From: Blasia pusilla
Lineage: Eukaryota
Direction of reading: 5' to 3'
Length of the DNA stretch: 64,000 nt
NCBI GenBank assembly: GCA_050084515.1
Contig: CM114271.1
Location: forward strand, 26,598,001-26,662,000
Below the pieces are notes generated by a model, which saw nothing but the letters and a program-made list of their open reading frames with translations, did no database searches and was not told where the DNA came from. A program made the translations under genes and the position numbers. Below, in pieces: positions 37,305 to 47,914 of the stretch. Each line of letters starts with the position of its first letter. Position 1 is the first letter of the stretch.

Positions 37305-39150
37305 AAATGGTAAATGGTAAATGGTAAATAGATCAAGCCCGTGGGACCCAAAGGGTCAAAATTCTGAAATACACATTACAAGTCATTCATTCACTGACCC
37401 AGAAAAAGATCCTAAAGACCTTCTCCTAGCTACAGCCCAGAGCACTTGAGCGATGAATAATGACGTCCCTAATATAACTACCTAAATTATAAGGCACTAG
37501 ATGTAGTAAAGAAAAAAAATTCTCCACATCTATTTTATGAGCTAGTCTAATCTCTTCATACCTTGGACATGTAACAAACACATGCTCTTCATCCTCAATA
37601 TTTTCTCCGTCACATAACCTACAAATTCGTTTGCTTCTATCAATATTAAACCATCGTCCTTCCTCAATTTCTAGCCTATGAGACCCAGTTCTATGTCGTG
37701 CGATAATATGACGTAAGAACGTGGAGATCCCCGCAAGTAGGTATCCTTGTTCACAATATACAAGCATAAGATTAACATGAATTTGATAAAACTCCATTTT
37801 GGTGCCCGGCCGCTCCAAATAATGTTGAGAAATTGCTTCAGAGATGCTCATGATCGGTTTCAAGTCCCAATCGCGTCCGCCACATTCCACTTTGAAGACC
37901 AAGTCACCACATCCACCATCCACCCCTAACGCGTGTGGCTCGCAAAGCTTGATGAGGGAGGCAAGAAACATCAAGAGATCTCACCCTTGCGATGTAAGTG
38001 ATGGTCAAGTAAAGAGTTTCAGCCTCTAGAGGTAGACAACCTGTTTTCGCAAGAAGAATAGCATACGGAGTTTGGTTTATTACACCCAATTCTTCTTGTA
38101 GAAAGATCTTTTGCACACTCTCCACGCGCTCCCAACATGTCTTCTTACAACTACGGCCCCAAACTTGGGTTCCATATAAGACCATCGGCAACACTAAGCT
38201 CCTAAATAAGAATTTCTTAAGACCCCAAGACACAAGATGAGCTCTTCTACACCGGTTTAAAAATGAATATAGAGCTTTGTAACTAGCTTCTACTCTCTTT
38301 TGCACGCAAAGTGCCCAACTATAGTCTTGAGAGAAATCGATGCCTAGATATTTGTAACTCTTCATTTGTTCTAATTGTAGACCTTTGTAAAAGAACGAGA
38401 ACTTGGATCTAGTATCCACTATAATGACTTTAGACTTCTCCATATTAACCTCCATCTGATTCTGGGTACAAAACCTTGCCAAAATGTCAAGGTGTTTTTG
38501 TAAACTAATGCCATCACGTGCTAGTAATATGATATCATCTGCATACAATAGAGCTTTGATGACAAAGTCCCCAAGCTTGAAACCTTCACTATCACATTCC
38601 TCCAACCATTTTTCAATATCATCTATGAAAACTCCAAAGAGATTAGGGGAGAGAGGGCAACCTTGAATGACTCCGATTGTACTCAAGATCTCTTGAGTTT
38701 GTGAACCTTTGATCTTGGCCCGAACGGAATGGTATAATGTGGCCATGGCTACTAGGAGATTTGGTGATACTCCAATGGCTTGCAGCCTTTCCCATAAGAG
38801 CTCACGAGGTACAGTAAAATCAAAAGCTTTCTTGAAATCGATGAAACCGCAAAACAAAGCTTTTCCATTGCCCTTAGATTTCTCCCATAAAACACGCAAG
38901 GCCAAGATATGGTCGATGGTGTTGTATGTTGGGCGAAAACCAGTTTGGACCCGTGCTCTGTTTTGGAAAGACTCTGTCCATGAGCTCAACTTTGACTCTA
39001 CCAATTACCCAAACAACTTGGCAAAAACACTACCCACCATGATAGTGCGATAGTTTGTCACCAAGTCCTTCCTTCCTGATTTGTAAATAGGAACAATCTC
39101 CCGTAGCAACTAGGTTGAAGGAAAACCATAGATAGCAGCATCACCCAATA
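37305..39150 (-). mobile_element. 5'-truncated non-LTR retrotransposon (RTE-X-like LINE), RT plus C-terminal Cys/His domain
   Basis: RT motifs QTGFR, FIDFKKAFD, GVIQGCPLSPNLF, LLYADD, YKYLGI. C-terminal RTGSHRLEIEEGRW...RICRLC...EDEEHVFVTCPRY. 3' tail (AAATGGT)3 on the + strand at 37305-37325. Frameshift near 37940 and in-frame stop at 39005-39007. Clade assignment is by eye; right boundary approximate. Confidence 0.88.
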
Positions 39151-40138
39151 CCCAAAACCCTAAGTTCCCCATCAACATGAGGAATGCTCAATTGTACATA
39201 ATTCCACTAACTTGCATTAGTATTCTGAAATAATTTGAAAATACCTTAAACAAAGAAACACTCTATAAGTAAGGAAGTTATCAAAGATGATATGATATCT
39301 TGATCGGCAAAGATGTCGTCTTGTGTCCTCCAATCCCGCCACACATCCTCCATGACCTTGAAAATGGGGTACTCGCCATACCACGTAAACTATAATACGC
39401 CTATGTAGTTAGTTAAACATTCTAAAATGTCACTAACTCATACATTCTAGGAAATTTTTGCATGTAAAAAATACTTACAAATACATAGCGGAATGCATCC
39501 GCTTCGCCTTGGCGGAAGGAATGTGTTCCTTGGCCTTCAGCTTGAGGGACGAACATTGTTGAGCACCATCTCTGATAGTTTCATAGCTATATTGACAAAC
39601 TCTACCAAATTCAACGTAGCTTTCCTACGTCATGTTAAGGGGAAAGCTAGCCTCACAAAATTCTTTGGCTATAGATTGCAAATGTAGGCGGGCCGCAACG
39701 ACCACCTTATGGCTATGGTGATACCTTGATTCAAAGATCTACATATCATACCTACGATCCATTATGACATAATTTAGAAGGCTTAGCCCTTGATACCCAT
39801 GTGAATAGTTGCCATATAAATATGGTCACTTATGAAAAGCCACCAGATTACTCCATATTAATTTGAATAGTTTTAGGTGACCTTGGAGAGAAATAGCCGC
39901 CATATAAATGTTTATCATTAAGGGTGACAATCAAGATCTCTTACTAGATAGTAGTCGTGTAATTGTAAATAACTCCAATATGATTGTAAATAGCATCCAC
40001 TATCGCATGAGTTTCTAATCAAACGCATTAATCCACAAGAAAGACTAATGTCGTAAAATTAATCACAAATGTGCAACCTTTGCTCGGTTCATGCATACAA
40101 ACACAAACAAGTAATAAAATATTCCTCTACCACTTTAT

Positions 40139-41007
40139 TGTAACGTGTTTTTAGGGATTGTCATCTTAGCCCTTAAATTTTGAGCAGAGATGCTATGGAT
40201 ATTATCAGAGAAATTTTTTTCCAGTATATGCAACAAATTAAACATTTTTTTTTTTGTCCGAGACAATCATAATTTTAGGGTTTTCTGGAGTGGGAATCAT
40301 CTTCTTCAAGTTCCCACAAGACCACTCCCACTCATCATTAGTCTTGCGTGGAGAAACTTATCGTGCGACTACATTTTGCTACACAACATACATTGTTGTC
40401 ACCGAACATACACACAAACACGCACGATCCCATGCTAACTCATGGCATCCAAACAACGAGACAAGAAGTACCAAAATATCTCCAATAAAATAAGATCCAA
40501 TCTCTCTCCAACACCATCGTTCTCAAATGTGTGCATTCTCACATGTCTCTTTCAATGTCAAACCAAACCCACTCTCCTAATGAGAGGCTTGGGTTACACA
40601 CGCAAGGCAAGCAAGACCATAGCTCCGTCGCCTCATGCCAAGAGGTTCGACAAAGAGAGAATGAGCTCTCAAGCTTTCTCTCCTTGAGGTATATCCCTCC
40701 CCTCTCCCAAGCTCTCTCCATGATAACCTATGCTCCCAAGTCACCTCCTTGGCAAGTCACCCGACCTGATGTAGGAGGCCAAGGGCCATTTACCAAAAAT
40801 AGAAAGTCAAACAAATACTCAAAATAGTGATTTCCTAAAATAGTAAGTTTCTCAATATGGCTCCAAATGAATCGAAACGAAGGGGAAACCTACTCTCTCA
40901 GGTTTCCCAGGGCCTCAGTAGGTCACCCTTAACCTCCCGAGTCTGTCCTCCACTACTCGTGAAGGCGCTCTACTAGATCTCACCGATCTATCCTAAAAGA
41001 CGTGACA
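40139..41007. mobile_element. Solo-LTR-like element, about 870 bp
   Basis: TG...CA ends with imperfect inverted termini TGTAACGTGTTTTTAGG / CCTAAAAGACGTGACA. No TSD seen. Confidence 0.5.
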
Positions 41008-42271
41008 AACTTCATACATTAGAATTATCCCGTAACCTTTGACAACCTCCCCAAGTCGCTCATGCTAGCCAATGTTTCACTGCTAATCCCTTAATGTCAA
41101 TGCTCCCCAAACACTGCACGTGCCTAGACAAGCCTTTCTTTTGTTGCTCAACTATCACCTATCATTGTCTTGGGAGAGTCTCAAGGTTCTTTTATATACA
41201 CAATTATTTGGTGATTTTTTTTGTAGTTCGAATTTTTAACGTTGATGTTATTTTTTTGGTTAAACGTGCCTTTTATCTACATAATTCCAAATATGTGTCC
41301 TTTTTTTTAACAAAAATTATATGAAAGAAAATCATTTTGGTTGGATGAAAATCAAATTTTATACCACTATCAATGTGAGGGATTAAAGGATTTTTAACTT
41401 TTCACTAATTAAACTACTATATATTTTTAACTTTTCACCCCCTTCTTCCCAAATTTGAACGTCATCTTCACACCAAAGACAACAAGTTTGAAAACTCAAA
41501 AGCCATGTCTCTAATAATAGATAGGAGACATAAGAAACAAGAAAAGACTAAAATACAAAAGGGAAAAAAAACTTATAGATTTTCCATCCACAGTTCGGGG
41601 AGAACCCCGACATCATGTCGAATTGGTGTGTTCAAATCAAGACACCTGTTTATCAGGGTCTATGGAGTTTTTTCACGAGAACCGGTACATAGCCCGGATC
41701 CGAAATTTCGAATTTCCAACCGGTTTTCAGATTTTTTTTAACAAAGAAACCCCCTAACCCGCCAGTTTTTTGCCAACGAGTTTGAAATTTCTGATTTTAC
41801 TCGTAACCCGGATCTCCCCCTTCATTGCCGTTAATGTTTATGAAATAAAAGTGTATAAATGACCAGGAAAGTATGGGTCCCGGGGAAGAAACACCCCGAA
41901 ACCTGCCGAGATCTTAAGAAAACACGAGAGAGAAAAACAAAAGGAACAAAGCCATAAGGAAACCTCACGATGGGAAAGTAGATACTCTGGCATATTCTAC
42001 ATGTGAGCTTTCCCCTGTCAGCAACTTCTTTTGTCACTTTCCTCGCCAAATGTGGGAATCACGCGTAGGAAGCGCTTCTTCCAGAAGGCGAGGATAATAT
42101 TGTAATCTACACACGCGAGATTAGGTGAGCGTATTGTACTGTATAAACTATGTCCTTTATCGAGGCAAACAGAGTTAGTACGGCAGACGCCTCGTTGTGG
42201 TTGTGACTAATCTGTTGAGATTCGGAATTTTTGGATCAGCTGGATGATGGGAGTGGGACCAGACAGACATT

Positions 42272-42430
42272 ATGGTCCTGCCTTGGAAGGACCTGCCCGC
42301 AGAAGTCGTAAACCGTGCGGTGCGATCTCCATATCAGGCGGTGGACGGGATGGATGTCCAGACTGGGAGAAGGACGACTAAGCGCATGAGGACACACGCG
42401 ATCCTGCCCGATGGGCGCTTGCTTTCTTGA
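42272..42430 (+). pseudogene. Possible F-box gene relic
   Basis: ATG ORF MVLPWKDLPAEVVNRAVRSPYQAV... has the WxDLPxE(V/L) F-box start but stops after 52 aa. Downstream frames are broken. Confidence 0.3.
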
Positions 42431-44637
42431 CTTTGAGAATGGAGTGGCATGCAAAGATTTTCACGTTTTCCCCGTTCTTCGTTTGCCTCTCGTACACGTG
42501 ACCTGCGAGGTCTTGGTTTGAAGTCGTGTACAGTCGTTGTATCAAGTCTTAAAGGCATCCCCCGAAGAAATTTGAGGTTTGCTGCAGATCAAGCTGGTAC
42601 TGGTTTCGTTCCCGCTCGGTTAGAATGTGATATGGCGTTCCAGTTCGGTTTGGAATCTGATTTGCCAGTGCGAGACGGAGCTCTATAGCACTGGCAGAAA
42701 CGACTATGCGAGCCCCACTGCTCATCATTGAGGATTACTCCGCTTCGTCAGAGTTGTTATTTCGATTTGTTCTGTAGGAGCAATGGAGTGTTGAAGTTCA
42801 TTGATGCAGCAAAGATCTCTTACAGGAATTCGTATATTCGTGCTCTAAAAGGATCGCTGCGCGAGACCATCTTACCCCGAACAGAATTCTCGGAAAGAGT
42901 AATGTAGTCGAGAAGCATGGCATTGATGAGGAAGCTTTTCCCTTCTTAGAACGTGGCTGCTCGATTGAAGTTCTACAATATTCGAAATCCATGTTACATT
43001 CAAGTTTGCCTTGGCCTCACACATCTCTCGTGAAGTTACGACGTCCCTAAACTCTGTTCAGTGTCAAATTCAAATATTAGCAGATTTGCGTGGATGTTCG
43101 AATAGGTACATCTTAAAAACGACCTTCCGCGCACATCCCAATTCCACTGTGATCTTAATCTGAAATTTGAATCTAGTATTTTAGAAGGGATCCCCTCTCC
43201 AAATAGAGATCACTTAGTATCTCTGTAGCAACCCCGCTCTCCTAATATAGATTACTTGAAGCTAGTAATCCGCGCCCGTGGACAGAATCAAGCCTTAAAT
43301 GAATTTAAAGCCTTCTAATTGGGAAGACTTAGCTGCAGATTGGCGCTGTCTAAGTCTGTAAAATCGCAACATCGATTTCGAAATCAACGACCACTTTCAA
43401 GACCCTCATCTTAATCTTCTTGAGCAAATCAGCTGAGGTGAAGGAATACGCCATCATCGTCGCTCCATACCAAATCTACGCTCTCACCGACCCACGACCC
43501 GATCGATTCCTAACTAACCATATCCCTCCACAATACGAAGAAGCTGTCGGAAAGTAAGAATGTCCCCAAGGCGTGATGGTGAACGAGCGAATGAGCCTCG
43601 CCCGCGAAGGGAGTCATGCAGAACATTCAATCCACTGGTTACGGATATCCTTTCACCTGTTCCACCGTGGCTACCGTCAACGTCAGCGAGTTGACTGCCC
43701 GGCTTACAACGGGCAGGCGCCTTGGAAGCATCTTCTGACGCGATGAAGCGGGGCCTACAACGCAAATCCCGATTGCTGTGGCTCTCCGTATTCGATACTC
43801 ACCGAATCGATTCGTATGTTATTGGTGCTGAGAATGGGAGAATCGTCAGGGAGACACGAGACACGGAAGTTTGACTCGGAGAGAATGCAGTCGCCACTAA
43901 ACCTCCCCAAATCCATTCCGCTTCTGGTTCTTTTTCACTTTGACCGGAATTTTCTATGACCCAAATCCACTGCACCAGGAAGGGTCGAAGACGTGTACCG
44001 TCTCGATATTTATTCCGAGTTCCAATGCAGGGGAGAATTCAAGCTTCCATACTGGGGGATTATGTCGATGATTGGTAAGGTTATAATCTAAAGATAATCG
44101 CCCCACCAACTAAGGCCATGATGGCGCGTGACACGACTTTGGGCCCATAAAGTGAACGTATAGCTTTGACCAGACTTCGCACGATTGTGACGGGACGAGA
44201 GTCTTTCCTTCATCGGACCGTGACGGTGTCAAAAGGAGAATCCTTCCCTATGTTGTTGTCCCTCGTGCAAGAAACACTCGCATTTTCGTGGATCGAGATT
44301 GAGATTCCCGGGCGTTCGGTGTGTTGGCCTCAACACAACAAGCTGCGAAAGAGTCTCGTAGGAAAGTGGAGTTTCAGGTATGTCTTCTTTAGCCTGCAAG
44401 AATGCGATCCGATTTTTCGGATAACGGCGAAGCTTTGGTTTGAGGGAGATCAAACTTGATGCAACACACATCGGGGAATCGTCATGTATACAGTAAATAT
44501 GAAGGTGCGGCCCAGATCTGGCGGGAGAGTTCCACTGTAGGATAGTTCTTTGACGCCAAACAACGTCCAAACACAGTGGCTGTGCCGAGGAATAGTCACC
44601 AAAGGGGAACAGACAGGAATGAGTAGGAATGAGAATC

Positions 44638-47600
44638 ATGGACTCGAAAAGGCGACTTTTGGTGATTGCGCAAGCGGTGTTGTTGATCAGTTACTTGGAG
44701 CAGTACTTGTGCGATGATAATAACGAGACAATCATATGGAGTACAGATCTCTGGTCGAACTACCCCAACAATACCTACACAGTACCTCCTAAAAAATCCC
44801 CGTTCGTAATCTGTAAGTGCTCGTTCACCGCTGTAGTGAGAGATGTTGATTGAATCTTTCTTGAGAAGTTTTCGTGTCTACGCTAACAGTATATCAAGGT
44901 GTGTTCGAGTTTCACAAAAGATCAGTGTCATGGTAGGTCCTGGAAAAGGTGAGAGCAGAAGTCGTGAACGGCTTTGCTGAGATGAATTATTTTCCTAGAT
45001 CCTGTGGCGCTTGTGGTCTCGCTCTATTGAAGCGCTTCCTTCCGACACAAATATCCCAGGGAGGATGTTCTTTCTGTTGATGAACCCCAGAGAAAGCATA
45101 GCGTTGAGTTCTTGCGAGCTTTATCACTTAAGCTTGGCTTCTCCGCCGTTCCCCTCTACATGGAGGCGATGTTAGAGGAGCATTCTTTGAGATGGTTTGG
45201 TTGAAAATTCTTAAGAAAATTGTCCACTGCACCGATCTCCCATGTAGAATAGATATGTCGACCAGGGCTTGTGATATACTGCACTGTCGTGCATTTCGGT
45301 TGTTTTACAAGCAGATTTGGTCGAGATAGTATTTGAAGAACACGACCGACAACACTCATCAGCTATGTTAAGAAGCAATTACGAGCCAAGCTTGAGGACC
45401 TCCTCCAGCACTACCTATCATTTAAACGCTTTTCTGTTGACCACCTGTCAATACCCAGATCTGACTCCAATTAACTGGTGCATATCGAATAATTGTTTGA
45501 TATTTTCAGCAACGTCGATTTTGATCTCCTCTGAAGCTCACTTTGAGGAACTCCCCTTCCTAACTCTCAGGAATGGCATGAGCCGTATTTGGAGAGATCA
45601 ACCTCCTGAAGAATATTGTCCTCGTTGAAGATTGAATCTGCCAGACACAGATGCTTGATTTGAAACGTTTCTTCCAAATTTGAACTCCTCTCGAAGCGTA
45701 TGAGCGAAGGCCGGCCCTTATCTCGTAAACATTCTTGGGGGATTTATTTAATGCCAGTTGCTTCCCTCCTCTTCCAGGTTGGATAATGTCTCTTGCGATC
45801 AAGCCTTCTTCGTCCCTTCAAGAAAAAGCATGCAGTGTGGCAGATTTCGATTGTTTACACTGTTTTGTTTCTCTGAAAGAATAGGAGTGGGTGATTTTTT
45901 CTAGCAAGTGCTGACTTTATAGACGCGCTGTGAGCCAATGTTTCGTCCCTTTTCCCTAAACGATTATCAGCCCTTTTATCGGATGGATAGCAAATCCTAG
46001 CGAAGAGGAGATCCGCATCCGTTTTGGATGCCTGTCTCTGGCGAGGAATGCCTTCATATCTATTTTTAATGTGGAGTCAAACTGTTTTAACATCGTATTA
46101 AAAAAAATCTGCATAAGACTCTTCCTTCGATTTACTCATTAAGTAAGGTCACAATAATCCTTACGTCTTTTTCCTGCCTTCGTTAAAATCCTGGAATATT
46201 GTTTCTCTTATCGTGTGATCGAAGCAACGCTACACGAGTAAGTCGTTGAGATCAACGACTGCCATAAGACACTGTAAAGCAGAGCGTAATCGCTGTTGAA
46301 GCAGGTAATCATCATGGAAGGGATTCACAACAACAGCAGGACGCATTCTGCAACAACGTTTCATAATTCTAGATGTGTGGGGACGTCAGTATTCAGTCCA
46401 GATAAAAATGTGCACATCAAAGTATGCAGTACGTGATCGGAAAGGTTTTCTAGGTCACTAACATCATCTCCCGCAGTCATATGTCTAATAACTATGTTTT
46501 TCGGCGCTGTCTTCATTTTGCAGTGTTCGAGTACCCGGTTGGTGTGTTAAACCAGTTGCCGCCTACAGTTTTGGAAGTGTCTGTCGACGATGCAAGGCAG
46601 TGCAGGTCTGGGAACGCAACAAGTAGGCAGATGGGGTACCAGATGGCAAGCAGCTGGTATTTCAACTTCACTTTCAGACCAGATATATACATGGAAATCG
46701 GCTTTATCGATCTGGACTACAAATCCTGTAATGACGGCATGAGATTGATAGTGCAAATCGACAGTCCTATATTACTGTCCCAGGCTACTCCGCCAATTTC
46801 GAGCAAGAAGTCGAGCAAGAATTCAGAACCAAAGGGGCTAGCTTTGGGTCTTGGCATAGCTAGTGCATTCCTAATGGTAGTCGGTTTAGTAGTTGGGATG
46901 GTGGTGAGGAAAAAGTACTGGCACCGGATGAGAAAGGTTGACACAGGAGAGTTTTCTCCGGTAAAGGAGCTTTCAGACCTCGAGTTTGGGGGCCCTCACC
47001 AGTTTACATTCAAAGATCTAAGTGCAGCTACTCAAAGCTTTAGTTCGAAGCACGTGGTGGGAGAGGGGGGTTTCGGCACCGTCTACAAGGGAATACTTCG
47101 CGACACGGGCAGCACTGTGGCTGTGAAGCGACTGTCTCAGTATGCCAGGCAGGGTGCCCGAGAATTCATGGCCGAAGTGAAAATAATCAGCCAGCTACGT
47201 CATCGAAATCTAGTACAGCTTCTCGGGTGGTGCTACGAGAAAGATGAGCTAATTCTGGTTTATGAGTACATGCCAAATGGCGATCTCGATGAACTGATTT
47301 ATGCAGATAATCCCAAATGTCCTCTTTCATGGAAGCAGAGGTTCAGCATCCTGTCTGGAGTGGCCACTGCGTTGGTTTATCTGCACGAGGAGTGGGAGCA
47401 ACGCGTGGTGCACAGAGATGTGAAAACAAGTAACGTCATGCTGGATTCCGCATTGAACGCCCGGCTTGGAGATTTTGGCCTCGCACGTCTCTCAGCACAC
47501 AGTCAGGCCCCCCAGAGCACTCTCGTGGCAGGGACTCTGGGATATCTCGCGCCTGAGTTCAGTCTGTCAGGGAGAGCCACAGATAAGACGGATGTGTATG

Positions 47601-47914
47601 CCTTCGGTGTCGTAGCTCTGGAAGTCGCCTGCGCCAGACGGCCCCTGACCCCAGACTGTATCCTGGTCGATTGGGTGTGGGACTTGCACAAGGACGACAA
47701 AATCCTCGAAGCCATAGACCCGAGACTCGACGTGAGGAGCACCGACGATGAGACGCAAATGAGAACCGTCCTCCAGGTCGGTCTGCTGTGCGCCCATCCT
47801 GATGTAGCAGCCAGGCCCTCCATGCGGCAGGTTCTCAACATCCTCGCCGGCGACGCACCCATGCTTCGAGTCCCGCGATCGAAACCCGTGGCCTACTACG
47901 CGGAATTCGGATAA
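44638..47914 (+). CDS. Receptor-like kinase: signal peptide, phytocyanin (cupredoxin/ENODL)-like ectodomain, TM, L-type-lectin-clade RD Ser/Thr kinase; 2 exons, 521 aa
   Basis: Exon 1 is 44638-44812 (alternative ATG 44629; donor GTAAGT, phase 1). Exon 2 is 46524-47914 (acceptor TTTGCAG, phase 1); total 1566 nt in frame. Signal-like MDSKRRLLVIAQAVLLISYLEQYLC. TM 46835-46906 followed by RKK. Kinase motifs GEGGFG, VAVK, HRNLVQLLGWC, YLHEEWEQRVVHRDVK, DFGLARL, GTLGYLAPE. The kinase call is firmer than the ectodomain call. Confidence 0.88.

Noticed and set aside
43514-43765. GC-rich minus-strand ORF upstream of the RLK
   Set aside because: No motif or supporting exons; more likely promoter sequence.
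46305-46428. Candidate extra RLK exon (AG...GTACGT, open frame VIIMEGIHNN...)
   Set aside because: Its open frame starts in phase 0, which is incompatible with the phase-1 exon 1 donor. Direct exon 1-2 splicing already yields a complete domain.
46481-46523. ATG 46481 as the RLK start
   Set aside because: No signal peptide, and it lies in the polypyrimidine/acceptor end of the intron.
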